From the IMG/VR virus record IMGVR_UViG_3300032665_000003: 64,000 nt of DNA; one strand, written 5' to 3'. The notes below the pieces were generated by a model. That model worked only from the letters and a program-made list of their open reading frames with translations, ran no database searches and was not told the DNA's origin. The position numbers were made by a program, and so were the translations under genes. Every line of letters begins with the position of its first letter. Positions within the stretch are counted from its first letter, which is position 1. The DNA comes from a virus (lineage: Duplodnaviria; Heunggongvirae; Uroviricota; Caudoviricetes). Below, piece after piece: positions 9,137 through 18,463 of this stretch.

Positions 9137-10363
9137 ATGTCAAGTTCTAAGTTTCCGTCAGTTTTCAAACGGATTGATATTCTAAACAATAGAAAGGGTC
9201 AAGATACGATTGATTCGGCCGCTAGACCTACTAACGTATTGGACAAGAAACCAGGAGACGTTGCTGGGGTATCTGTAGAAAGTTTAGTAAATGATTTTGT
9301 TAGTTGTCCGCTCGGTGTAAAAACGAAGGACATTTTAGAAAAGAAATCGACTCCGAATCTGGCCATCAAGCCAAAGCCTGAGGAGATTCCGTTGCGCAAA
9401 TTACTCAGTGCGCAGGCCGTCCAGCGACCGTATAGCCCAAAACATATCAAAAAGATATTAGAAAACTTTGATAGTAAAAAATCTCAGTTCGTCAATGTGC
9501 TGAAAATCAAGCGCGGAAATAAGCTTAATTATTACATCACAGACGGGCAACACACCGCGATCTGTCATGGTATATTAGCCAAATGGGGATACTATCATTC
9601 TAGCAAAGGCATTTCATCAGATAAGTGGCTTGATCTAAAAATTGAATGTCAGGTTGTGGAATTTGACAACTTTATATTTGCACGGGAACACTTTTTAGGT
9701 ATTAACGGAGATGACAAAAAGAAACTTGCGTCCTTTGACAAATGGAAAAATTACGTATTGGCTAAACGTCAGGATAGTCCGAATTCCATAACGCTCGACA
9801 AGTATGAAACTGCATATGCATTTCAGAAAATTATGGAATCATATGACATCACTCCGGTTCACGAAAGAGATGATGAAAACAAGGATAAACCCGGAGCCTT
9901 CACTCGGGTAGATTTGCTTAAGGATCTTACTGTAGAAGAAATGCATTGGTGGTGCCAAATTCATAAATGGAACTGGGATGACCGAGCAGTAGATTCGGTT
10001 GAGGTTTTACCGATGGTAACCCTACGTAGGAAAATTAAAGGTACTACGTCACTGTCTAACAAAACAATAAAAGAATTTTTACATACTTTAGGTAACATCA
10101 TTTACAATCTTGAAGGTTCTCCCGGAGAATTTCGACTCTTAGCAGACGCCACGTACAAACACTGGTATAGTATGAAATATCCTAAGGAGAAGATACCTAA
10201 CACACCAGCAGACGCTTCATTGGCTCTATGGTTGCAGATATATTATCAGGCCGGCGGAACTTTCAAAAACATATCTAAGAATTTTTTGGACGACTATGAT
10301 GACAACGGATATACGTTGTTTCATGCTTTGTCGCAGGCTAAGCAGACTGCTATCTTAAAATGA
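9137..10363 (+). CDS. ParB/Srx-like domain protein
   Basis: VQRPYSPKHIKKILENFD ... YYITDGQHT motif pattern. Confidence 0.6.
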   Translation: MSSSKFPSVFKRIDILNNRKGQDTIDSAARPTNVLDKKPGDVAGVSVESLVNDFVSCPLGVKTKDILEKKSTPNLAIKPKPEEIPLRKLLSAQAVQRPYSPKHIKKILENFDSKKSQFVNVLKIKRGNKLNYYITDGQHTAICHGILAKWGYYHSSKGISSDKWLDLKIECQVVEFDNFIFAREHFLGINGDDKKKLASFDKWKNYVLAKRQDSPNSITLDKYETAYAFQKIMESYDITPVHERDDENKDKPGAFTRVDLLKDLTVEEMHWWCQIHKWNWDDRAVDSVEVLPMVTLRRKIKGTTSLSNKTIKEFLHTLGNIIYNLEGSPGEFRLLADATYKHWYSMKYPKEKIPNTPADASLALWLQIYYQAGGTFKNISKNFLDDYDDNGYTLFHALSQAKQTAILK

Positions 10364-10791
10364 CATTAGTTCTGTATATCGCAGAAATAAAAGGGGTTGA
10401 CACCTATACCAAACCTGGAATTACAACAGATTTATACAGTCGCACCAATGCATATACTAAAATCGGAAATACAGCAGTAATACATTTTTTAGCTATTGCT
10501 CAGCCAGGTTTTGAGGGGCAGATCAGAACCTTAGAGGAAGACGGGAAAACCTACCTAAAACCCCATAGGTCTAGATTTAATGGACTAGATCGTACAGAAT
10601 ATATAAGTGTCAGTAAAACTGGCATCACACCATCTGTGGTAGAAGAATATTTTCGCAAAAAAATTGAAGGTATTCCATCTGTACATATTGTAAAAAAGGA
10701 ATATCTTCCTCTTAACATAGAAAGTCCTGACCTTAAGAATTTTATTACACTCGCACTTAAGTATCCAGATAAATATCTTGAAAATTTTTAG
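10360..10791 (+). CDS. GIY-YIG/T5orf172-like protein
   Basis: LYIAE...TKPGITTDLYSR pattern. Confidence 0.5.
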   Translation: MTLVLYIAEIKGVDTYTKPGITTDLYSRTNAYTKIGNTAVIHFLAIAQPGFEGQIRTLEEDGKTYLKPHRSRFNGLDRTEYISVSKTGITPSVVEEYFRKKIEGIPSVHIVKKEYLPLNIESPDLKNFITLALKYPDKYLENF

Positions 10792-11154
10792 TAGTTGGAG
10801 TAAAACTGGCATCACACCATCTGTGGTAGAAGATATCGCAGTTTGTTTTGCTGCTAATAAAAGCTGCTGAGATAAACCTAAACTTCTATAATTAGGATGA
10901 ACCCAAAGACCGCGGCTCCTAAACTCTAGTGGACTAGATAAATGTCCGCTGTTAACGGCAATTAAATCTCCCCCATCGTAAATTCCCCAAAAATAAACTG
11001 GATTACTGAATATACCCATGTCGTATGGTTCAGCTTTTGGCTTAGGCCAAGTCATAGCACTATGTGTTTCAATTTCTGACATTCTGTCGGGCCATAGTTC
11101 ATTTTTCCAAATAGGAAGAATCTGAGTGAAAGTTATAACCTGAACATCTAGCAT
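10585..11154 (-). CDS. GNAT acetyltransferase, C-terminus apparently disrupted at ~10833
   Basis: WPDR..IETHSAM, VNSGH, FRSRGLWVHPNYRSLGLSQQLL; paralogue of 60628-61077 but lacks its CWSYPR..GF end. Confidence 0.7.
   Translation of the reverse strand: MLDVQVITFTQILPIWKNELWPDRMSEIETHSAMTWPKPKAEPYDMGIFSNPVYFWGIYDGGDLIAVNSGHLSSPLEFRSRGLWVHPNYRSLGLSQQLLLAAKQTAISSTTDGVMPVLLQLLKIFKIFIWILKCECNKILKVRTFYVKRKIFLFYNMYRWNTFNFFAKIFFYHRWCDASFTDTYIFCTI
10612..10833. repeat. 35-bp perfect direct repeat (10612-10646 and 10799-10833)
   Basis: agtaaaactggcatcacaccatctgtggtagaaga occurs twice, 187 bp apart. Confidence 0.95.
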
Positions 11155-11163
11155 ATGAGTATC

Positions 11164-12114
11164 CTACGTGCCTACAGTTAATTTCTGGTTTGAGTAGAGT
11201 TCGTCTTTGTACAAATACACTACCATATCATTATATTTAACTTGTTCTGATAATTTATATCGAAATAGTATATCAAATGCTCTTTTACTAGGCATATTAC
11301 CATATCGAATGCGTTCTATAGGTGTTAACGTATTATGTTCGTCATAATAGTCTTTGATTAACTCAAATCCGGTAAATTTGGTTTTCTGTGGAATAACGGG
11401 TATACCTGCTTTATGAAGTATTGATATTTTATTATTATACTTATGAAGCATTTCTATATGCCACTCTAAGCCTTTAGTTTGGTCCTCTAGAGGATCATAC
11501 ATAAACTGAGCCATAGCGGCAGCTAACTCTGCGTCGTGTAGAAGGAAGAACGGAATTACATTAGTGTTTACGTCAGCGTATCTCTTAAGACCCAAAACAG
11601 TATAGGTATAGCATCCTTCTTGAATAAAGTTTCCGCTGAATATATTTGTACCAGATACCATTTCGGCTATTTTCATATGAGAGCATATATGAGGACTTGT
11701 GCAACGATATTTGGCAGCATAATCGTAAAGATGGTTCTCTAGAAAGTCAAAGATATTAAGCTGTTTGTAAGTTATAGGTATGTTGAATTTATTTGCAAAT
11801 TCTTTTAACTGTTCAAGATCATGTTCGTTGTAAACCTTTCCAGTATTGTCTACATATTCTATAGAGATACAATTAAAAGGAACACCAGAATGCATCCAAC
11901 ACCAAAGCATAGTCTGACTGTCGGAACCACCGCTTACCATAAGATTATATGGTGCAGGGTACTGGTTAGAAATATCGCGTATGACTCTCTTAGCGATTTC
12001 AGTTATTTTATTGTACGTTGGGGTAAGATTAGATAGGTCTATGTGTAACTGCTTTTCTTCATGAAAAACATCAGAGAATTCGCTTCCCCAACCCATCCTA
12101 GTCCATTGGTGCAC
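11164..12114 (-). CDS. PP-loop (adenine nucleotide alpha-hydrolase-like) ATPase
   Basis: MVSGGSDSQ PP-loop; no QueC C-terminal Cys cluster. Confidence 0.6.
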   Translation of the reverse strand: MHQWTRMGWGSEFSDVFHEEKQLHIDLSNLTPTYNKITEIAKRVIRDISNQYPAPYNLMVSGGSDSQTMLWCWMHSGVPFNCISIEYVDNTGKVYNEHDLEQLKEFANKFNIPITYKQLNIFDFLENHLYDYAAKYRCTSPHICSHMKIAEMVSGTNIFSGNFIQEGCYTYTVLGLKRYADVNTNVIPFFLLHDAELAAAMAQFMYDPLEDQTKGLEWHIEMLHKYNNKISILHKAGIPVIPQKTKFTGFELIKDYYDEHNTLTPIERIRYGNMPSKRAFDILFRYKLSEQVKYNDMVVYLYKDELYSNQKLTVGT

Positions 12115-12120
12115 TGAATC

Positions 12121-12345
12121 CTACCATTTATTAATCGGACAGGAAGCTGATTTTAATTTAGTTTTTGCTAACATAAAGCAGCCGCATAACTTACATTGGT
12201 GAGTAAGATGAGTAAGCTCCGGGCACCCTTTACATATGTCTAGTCGCTGCTCGGCTTCGATTGATGTTACAACTTCGATGGCCGAACTTACTTGGTCTGC
12301 TACCTCAGTCAATCGTTGCTTAAGTTTATCAGCAAACGAAGTCAT
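12121..12345 (-). CDS. Small Cys-rich protein (CxxC...CxxCxC...C)
   Basis: RLDICKGC...QCKLCGCFM..K.KLKSASCPINKW. Confidence 0.75.
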   Translation of the reverse strand: MTSFADKLKQRLTEVADQVSSAIEVVTSIEAEQRLDICKGCPELTHLTHQCKLCGCFMLAKTKLKSASCPINKW

Positions 12346-12347
12346 TG

Positions 12348-14231
12348 TTACTTACCGAAAATTCTGAACTTTACGTTAGAAGGTAACCGATTATAATCGA
12401 CCTTGAAGTAACCGGATTCTGTATTGACCACAGCCTTTTCGTGAACTGTACCGATCAGCTCTTGTGCCATTACACCAGAAAGCCTACGATGCTTATCCCA
12501 AATATAGTTGTATGAATAGATATTCAGTCCATCTATAGTGTCCTCTAAGAGGATATTGTCCTTAACTCTCTCGTCACTACCATATTGACAATAGCAACCA
12601 AATTTCCCGCTGCCCAGACACGCAAAAGGTCCTTCAAGATAACAGTCGTCAACGCCGCAATATCCGTTAGTCAAACAGGTATTGGCTAGTAATACTGCAT
12701 TTACTACAGGATCTGTCGTAGGAACTAGTGTAGAGATATTGCCTAACGTTACCCCATCTCTGAATACAAACAACATAACACTAATATTTTGAGTTGCACC
12801 AGAGGCTGAGTACGTTGTTAAGCTCAAAGAAGGAAGTTGTTCATATGGATCGGTTATTGTCGGAGAGGTAATAGTCATTAGTCCGGTTTCATCGATTGTG
12901 ACGTAACTAGGTAAATCTGGTCCAGTGATTCTAGTGATAGGTGCATTGACTAGTACATCTGAATAGTACGGCTTACCTGATTCTGAAATTATTCTGATTG
13001 TAGGAGACACTATAGCAACTGATTGTAGGTATGATGCGATTAAATTCTCAGAAAGAGCATATTTAGGGTCAGAAAGATTCAGCACATCTTTCTTACCTAA
13101 ACACATCATTCTGTACATCGTATTATCGTCCATAGTAATATTTGAAGTTGACAATACCCCTGCAAAGTAATCTTTTCTGGCACTATGATTTGTGTAAACA
13201 CTAGGTGTATTTCCGTTACTATCTACATATACACTTAAATTATGAGCAATAGCTCCTGAAGCAATTGCAGAAGAAGCTGAAGTACCTGCAATAAATGCAT
13301 ATGTACCTTTTAATCCAGCAGCCCAAATCTTCTCTCCAGGTGCCCAGCCGTCTAGCGCGCCAGAGTTTGTAGTAGAACCCGTTACCGAAATAGCGCTGCC
13401 TGTGTAATCAGAAAAATCACTAGGGGTTAGTGAGTGACCAAATGAACCAATAGTCAATACATCAGGAATAGCAGCAGGGGTAACGTCACCGATTGTAGTT
13501 CCACTATTACCAGCAGCAGCTACCACAAAAATACCTAAATCGATTAGCTCTTGAATTTTAGAGTCTACATATATGTTTCTGGCAATAGACCAACTTAAGT
13601 TAAGAACTGATGGAGGAAGACCATTGCTATTATAATCTACTGCAATCGCATCTAGTGCTGATAATAGATCACTTTGTTTAGTGGCAGTGTTAATATCGAA
13701 TACCTTAACTACCTTAATTTCAGCTCTAGTCAGCCCACAAGTATCACCTGCAACTAAACTAGCCAAAGCAGTGCCGTGTCCCTTTGTATCAGTAAAGTCA
13801 GTAGTAAAACTATGTAACAAAGTAACTTTAGCGTTCGTAAAATCAGGATGAGTAGCTTCGATTCCGCTGTCCATAATATATACGACGCTACCAAAACCAC
13901 GACGTTCCTGTGTGTAAGTTGGCTTGGAAAGATCAACGTCATTAAGAGAAACTACCTTCCACCAATCCTTATCGTCATGTACCTGTATATCTAATTCTTC
14001 GCTCTTTGGTTGAGTCACTGTGATATCAAAATCTAGAAGTTTGATATCATTGCCATCATCAGAATTTACTTTTAGTACTGAGGAATCGACCTTAGGTTCT
14101 ACCTCTGAGGAAACAAGATGTACATTCTTGAAAGTCGTGTATGCCTTTACTGAGGTCATGTTATTAGCGGCTAAATATGCGTTGATATCAGCATCAGATA
14201 ACGTGGTAGCAAAGTCGATTAGATAATTCAT
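12348..14231 (-). CDS. Subtilisin-like S8 protease fused to a Cys-rich segment and a C-terminal S74-like intramolecular chaperone
   Basis: Triad motifs IMDSG, GHGT, AGTSAS; C-terminal SDERVKDNI...Y.Y...GVMAQE...KVDYNRL; late promoter GATAAATA at 14270-14263. Confidence 0.88.
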   Translation of the reverse strand: MNYLIDFATTLSDADINAYLAANNMTSVKAYTTFKNVHLVSSEVEPKVDSSVLKVNSDDGNDIKLLDFDITVTQPKSEELDIQVHDDKDWWKVVSLNDVDLSKPTYTQERRGFGSVVYIMDSGIEATHPDFTNAKVTLLHSFTTDFTDTKGHGTALASLVAGDTCGLTRAEIKVVKVFDINTATKQSDLLSALDAIAVDYNSNGLPPSVLNLSWSIARNIYVDSKIQELIDLGIFVVAAAGNSGTTIGDVTPAAIPDVLTIGSFGHSLTPSDFSDYTGSAISVTGSTTNSGALDGWAPGEKIWAAGLKGTYAFIAGTSASSAIASGAIAHNLSVYVDSNGNTPSVYTNHSARKDYFAGVLSTSNITMDDNTMYRMMCLGKKDVLNLSDPKYALSENLIASYLQSVAIVSPTIRIISESGKPYYSDVLVNAPITRITGPDLPSYVTIDETGLMTITSPTITDPYEQLPSLSLTTYSASGATQNISVMLFVFRDGVTLGNISTLVPTTDPVVNAVLLANTCLTNGYCGVDDCYLEGPFACLGSGKFGCYCQYGSDERVKDNILLEDTIDGLNIYSYNYIWDKHRRLSGVMAQELIGTVHEKAVVNTESGYFKVDYNRLPSNVKFRIFGK

Positions 14232-14298
14232 AATGGGTTCCTATAATCGGGAGTATATGTCTTATTTATCATCGGAGATCATCTTATCAAATTAAACA

Positions 14299-14327
14299 TT
14301 GACATTATCTTATAATCATTGTATTAT
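14299..14327 (+). promoter_or_regulatory. sigma70-like promoter
   Basis: TTGACA-17-TATTAT. Confidence 0.65.
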
Positions 14328-14349
14328 AGTGAAAATAATGAGGATATAG

Positions 14350-15348
14350 ATGATAAAGTATGCATTAGTAGATACTGCTAACACATTCTTTCGCGCTCGG
14401 CACGTCGCGTCTCGCAATAGCGACACGTGGGAAAAGATCGGGATGGCGATGCACCTAACGCTGTCGTCTGTCAATCAGGCTGTTCGCATGTTTGACATTG
14501 ACCACGTTGTGTTTTGTCTTGAAGGACGTTCTTGGCGCAAGAAGTTCTATGCTCCTTATAAGGCCAATCGAGTAGCTACTAATGCTACTGAGGCCGAAGT
14601 CGAAGAAAACAAGATGTTTTGGGAGACGTATGAAACGTTTACTAACTATCTTCGTGAAAAGACCAACACTAGTGTCCTTCGCTGCGAGAATGCAGAAGCC
14701 GATGACCTTATCGCTCGCTTCATTCATCTGCATCCTGAGGATCAGCACTACATCCTGTCGTCTGACACTGACTTTGTGCAGTTGATTAGCGAGAATGTGA
14801 GTCAGTACAACGGTGTTGCTGGTCAACTGATCAAGCTTGACGGTTACTATGATGATCGTGGCCGTCCTGTTAAGGACAAGAAGTCCGGCACACAAAAGCT
14901 TTTGGAAGACCCCGAATATCTGCTGTTCAAGAAGATCATTCGTGGTGACGCCACTGATAACGTGTTTAGTGCTTATCCTGGCGTGCGAGAAAAGGGAAGT
15001 AAAAATACAGTAGGCATTAAGGAAGCATTTGACGACCGCACGAAGCAGGGCTTCAAGTGGAATAATCTGATGCTTCAACGGTGGACTGACCATAACGGTG
15101 TCGAACACCGTGTTAAGGATGATTATGAGCGTAATCGTACTCTCATCGATCTAACTGCTCAACCGCAAGAAATTAAAGAGGCGGTCGATGCTGTTATTCG
15201 CGGAGATGTTCGTACTAACATTACTCCTCAGGTCGGCGTTCATCTGATGAAGTTCTGTGGTAAGTACGAACTTAATAAGATTTCTGAACAAGCCGAAACT
15301 TTCTCTAAATGGCTGAACAAGCCTTATTCTGGAGCATTACATGAGTGA
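14350..15348 (+). CDS. rnh: T4 RNase H-like 5'-3' exonuclease
   Basis: LVDTANTFFRARH, EADDLIA, SSDTDFVQL, IRGDATDNVFSAYPG. Confidence 0.9.
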   Translation: MIKYALVDTANTFFRARHVASRNSDTWEKIGMAMHLTLSSVNQAVRMFDIDHVVFCLEGRSWRKKFYAPYKANRVATNATEAEVEENKMFWETYETFTNYLREKTNTSVLRCENAEADDLIARFIHLHPEDQHYILSSDTDFVQLISENVSQYNGVAGQLIKLDGYYDDRGRPVKDKKSGTQKLLEDPEYLLFKKIIRGDATDNVFSAYPGVREKGSKNTVGIKEAFDDRTKQGFKWNNLMLQRWTDHNGVEHRVKDDYERNRTLIDLTAQPQEIKEAVDAVIRGDVRTNITPQVGVHLMKFCGKYELNKISEQAETFSKWLNKPYSGALHE

Positions 15349-15646
15349 CAACCAAACCAAGCACACTGAATATCTCTGCAAGGACTGTAAGCATAGTTCT
15401 GTGTCATTTGCAGACATGGTTTTTTATTTCGGAAATCCTCCATCATATGATTACAAGTGCCTCAAAAATTATAAGGAATCGGTTGAGAAAGAGGATGTAG
15501 TGACTGGCCCCCAAAAAAGTAAGGCTGAATATGAATCCTGTCGAATGACCAGAGCTACTAGTGTGTGCGGTCCGAACGCTAAGTTGTGGTCTCCTAAACA
15601 CAAGAAAGACCTATTTAAATTGATTACAAAGGACCATTCAGAATGA
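15341..15646 (+). CDS. Hypothetical Cys-containing protein
   Basis: CKDCKH ... C..C..C motifs; overlaps rnh stop. Confidence 0.65.
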   Translation: MSDNQTKHTEYLCKDCKHSSVSFADMVFYFGNPPSYDYKCLKNYKESVEKEDVVTGPQKSKAEYESCRMTRATSVCGPNAKLWSPKHKKDLFKLITKDHSE

Positions 15647-15849
15647 TGTATGAAGACTGGATGACCGGCGAGTCTGAATGGCGTTGGGACCAAAGGAGAG
15701 TCTACAACCCATTCCGTAAATGTGAAAAATCAGGTAAGTTTCTATTTTTGCAAAAGGCCTACTACGGAGTTGAGTTCATAGACTACATACCTGACAGGGA
15801 AATATGTCTCAGTGAAAAGGAATATATATGGAGCGTACTAACAAAATGA
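15643..15849 (+). CDS. Hypothetical protein
   Basis: ATGA-coupled ORF. Confidence 0.55.
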   Translation: MMYEDWMTGESEWRWDQRRVYNPFRKCEKSGKFLFLQKAYYGVEFIDYIPDREICLSEKEYIWSVLTK

Positions 15850-16301
15850 CAGAGCTAATTGCTAAGCCAATCGTTAAGAATCAATTCTGGATTGTAACAG
15901 ACGGTGAAAAGAAAGTAGGAAACATTGAGGCAAACAACGCAGGGTACGGCGTTCAGATCAATGGTCACTTTTTACAGTTTAACAATGCTACTGAATTAAA
16001 GAAAAAGACACAAATAAAGTTTGAACCGCTCAAGTCTAACAAGACGAAGGCGGCTTTGCCGTATCCGCAATATCCAACAACCGCTCGCACATATAACTCT
16101 GTGTTTGATATCAAACGCGGATTACATCTGTTTACTAAGACTAACAAGAGCAAGTGCCAATATGCTGCCGGATGGTTTGTTATGGATCAAAATGGAACTC
16201 AAACTATATCGTTTTGTCCGAAGTATATCTTCATTCAGCGCTACAATTATAAGGGCCCGTTCAAATCTGAGGAAGATGCTAAAGCGGCACTAAATACTTA
16301 G
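15846..16301 (+). CDS. Hypothetical protein
   Basis: ORF; ATG 15846 overlaps upstream stop. Confidence 0.75.
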   Translation: MTELIAKPIVKNQFWIVTDGEKKVGNIEANNAGYGVQINGHFLQFNNATELKKKTQIKFEPLKSNKTKAALPYPQYPTTARTYNSVFDIKRGLHLFTKTNKSKCQYAAGWFVMDQNGTQTISFCPKYIFIQRYNYKGPFKSEEDAKAALNT

Positions 16302-16303
16302 TT

Positions 16304-16507
16304 ATGATACACATCAAGCGATTTTTGGACAAGATGGCAGTGGTTGAGGCCAAACTTAATAAGGATTTGGTTCTTCCTATCGCAGAAGCCCGTGGATTGC
16401 GTGATGACGTAGCTAAATTATTAGCTGACCTACATGAATTGAATGTTGCGCGTCCTATTGATAATGAGGTTATGCAGATTGAGATAAAAGGAGGCACCTT
16501 TAAATGA
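16304..16507 (+). CDS. Hypothetical protein
   Basis: ORF just after CTAAATA late motif. Confidence 0.7.
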   Translation: MIHIKRFLDKMAVVEAKLNKDLVLPIAEARGLRDDVAKLLADLHELNVARPIDNEVMQIEIKGGTFK

Positions 16508-16803
16508 GCAGGACGCAACCTAATGTTCTGTTAGAACATGTAGATAAAAAAACATACAAGTGCGATCAAATTGTAGAAGCCTCAGGTATTTGGGCAGTAT
16601 TCTATGATGATCAACCTATCAATCTTAAATCCTCACATTATCTCAAGGATGATGCTGCCCCTAAGTACAAGAAAACTAGTTTCTCTAATCCAGGACACGC
16701 TAGAAATCTATGTCGAAAGTTAAACTCACAGTTCAGGACCGACAAATTTACGGTTGTTTTTCTAAATTCCGGAAGAACCGTATATCCCGATGACCTATCC
16801 TAA
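16504..16803 (+). CDS. Hypothetical protein
   Basis: 99-aa ORF, GGAGG RBS, coupled start. Confidence 0.8.
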   Translation: MSRTQPNVLLEHVDKKTYKCDQIVEASGIWAVFYDDQPINLKSSHYLKDDAAPKYKKTSFSNPGHARNLCRKLNSQFRTDKFTVVFLNSGRTVYPDDLS

Positions 16804-17221
16804 TTCTAAAGAAGAAATCACAAGAAAGATTCTTGCAGAGATAGGAGATGATCCTGATAGTCCATGGAAGGATATCCCTGTAGATAAGTTGATGTTTGCC
16901 TGGTGGACAACAGGGCGATCTGGTAGTGGACTACGATTGACTGATCCTGGTCGCAATGCGTTTGAGTATGCCAAAATAGCGCATTATGATCTTCCATTTG
17001 ATGGGCCCAAAGACCTGTCAGGGGCTCCATCGACCGGCGGATGGTCGATGTATTCATTAGAGCTAGATAAGAAAATTAAATGTCCGTACTATTTAGGTAC
17101 AGAAATAGTAGATAAAAAAAGAAAACCTTTTATTAGAATATACGATCATCGCATTGCAGTGATGATGACGCTGTACGGTGATACTAATAGTTATTTGGAA
17201 TCTATTCGATTACCCAAATAA
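16790..17221 (+). CDS. Hypothetical protein
   Basis: 143-aa ORF overlapping upstream gene. Confidence 0.7.
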   Translation: MTYPNSKEEITRKILAEIGDDPDSPWKDIPVDKLMFAWWTTGRSGSGLRLTDPGRNAFEYAKIAHYDLPFDGPKDLSGAPSTGGWSMYSLELDKKIKCPYYLGTEIVDKKRKPFIRIYDHRIAVMMTLYGDTNSYLESIRLPK

Positions 17222-17295
17222 CTTTAAAAACACGGTTACATATAGTATAAATACTACTGTAGTTTTACTACAAACACACACAGAAAGGAACTAAT

Positions 17296-17571
17296 ATGTA
17301 TAAATTATTTGCCAACACCGTTATTGAAACGGTTCAGTCAGCTAAAAAGGTAGCTGTCGATACTTTCGTGAAGCACGAAGGACTTGCCAAATCTCTCACT
17401 GATTTTGTGGATGCTCAAACCGAGTACACCAAAAAGTTTGTAGATGCATCAGTTGATGCTGGCACCAAAGTTGCGACCACATTGTCTACTCCAAAGTTCT
17501 ATGAAGATGCTTTCAAGAACGCACAGGCTCAGGTCGAAACTCTATTCCCAACTTCAAAGAAAGGTAAGTAA
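17296..17571 (+). CDS. Phasin-like helical protein
   Basis: Ala/Lys/Thr-rich amphipathic helix pattern; TATAAATA late promoter and AAGGA RBS upstream. Confidence 0.5.
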   Translation: MYKLFANTVIETVQSAKKVAVDTFVKHEGLAKSLTDFVDAQTEYTKKFVDASVDAGTKVATTLSTPKFYEDAFKNAQAQVETLFPTSKKGK

Positions 17572-17702
17572 ATTGTTTAAGAATTGTCAACTAGATTTAG
17601 ACGACGTGATCGGTAAGGTAGCAGTAGCGGGCGGAGCTACGCTCGGTGTGTTATCTCTCGTCGTTTTTACAATTTTCACTATATAATACAGGAAACGCAC
17701 AA

Positions 17703-17981
17703 ATGAGCGAAAATAAGATTCATAATTTACCGGAAGTAAAGTTCAATAAGAACGGCTACGAAATTAGGACCGACGTCCTTGCAATGGCAAAAGACCTAGT
17801 GCAAGCTGAATATAACATGAAGTGGGCGGGATGGGAAATGCAACAGTATCGGGACGAGAAGACCGGTCAGCTTGTTGCGCGGGTTGAAGCTCCGGAATTT
17901 CCAGGACTGGACAAGGTTCTAGAAACTGCACAAAAGATGTACGATTTTGTTAATCAAAGTCGACCAACTGCATCTAAATAA
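17703..17981 (+). CDS. Hypothetical protein
   Basis: MSENKIHN...KNGYEIRTDVLAMAKD; AGGA RBS. Confidence 0.75.
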   Translation: MSENKIHNLPEVKFNKNGYEIRTDVLAMAKDLVQAEYNMKWAGWEMQQYRDEKTGQLVARVEAPEFPGLDKVLETAQKMYDFVNQSRPTASK

Positions 17982-18002
17982 ACTACCCAATCGGTAAGGG
18001 GG

Positions 18003-18033
18003 ATAAATGCTCGATTCGTCGGGCATTTATTTT
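18003..18033 (+). terminator. Rho-independent terminator
   Basis: ATAAATGCTCGA-TTCG-TCGGGCATTTAT followed by TTT. Confidence 0.75.
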
Positions 18034-18078
18034 GGATAAAGAGGTTGACTACAGCTACAATTTTTGATACTATGAATT

Positions 18079-18288
18079 ATGGAAAAGAGTTGCACACATT
18101 TCGTCGGATTTAACGGTGATGAATTCACCAGGGCCTGTGCTTTTTTTGGCAAGCCCGATTTCATCCATCGTTTTTGGGACGGTCGAGCCAAATCTATGGT
18201 TATGGATTGGGATACGGTGGTATTTGCCAAAGGTACCGAATTCGATACTCCACAGATGTTTTCCTTTGATGACTCGCAGGTGATGTAA
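18079..18288 (+). CDS. Hypothetical protein
   Basis: 69-aa ORF. Confidence 0.6.
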   Translation: MEKSCTHFVGFNGDEFTRACAFFGKPDFIHRFWDGRAKSMVMDWDTVVFAKGTEFDTPQMFSFDDSQVM

Positions 18289-18289
18289 T

Positions 18290-18463
18290 ATGACACAACG
18301 CAATTACTTTTCTGAAGGGCACAATGCCTTCTATTCGGGTAACGGATATCGACCCGAAGATATCAACGACTATAAAGAATTTATGCGTGGATGGAATGCT
18401 GCTCGTGATCAAGAATATGAAGAATTCATTGAGGATGAGAGGCGCTGCGGACGGGCCGAATGA
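18290..18463 (+). CDS. Small hypothetical protein (57 aa)
   Basis: Manual translation MTQRNYFSEGHNAFYSG...; fills gap, stop overlaps next ATG. Confidence 0.6.
   Translation: MTQRNYFSEGHNAFYSGNGYRPEDINDYKEFMRGWNAARDQEYEEFIEDERRCGRAE

Noticed and set aside
11164-12114. PP-loop protein as QueC completing the preQ0 pathway
   Set aside because: SGGxDS lies ~60 aa in rather than at the N-terminus, no C-terminal Zn-binding Cys cluster, and it belongs to a different operon
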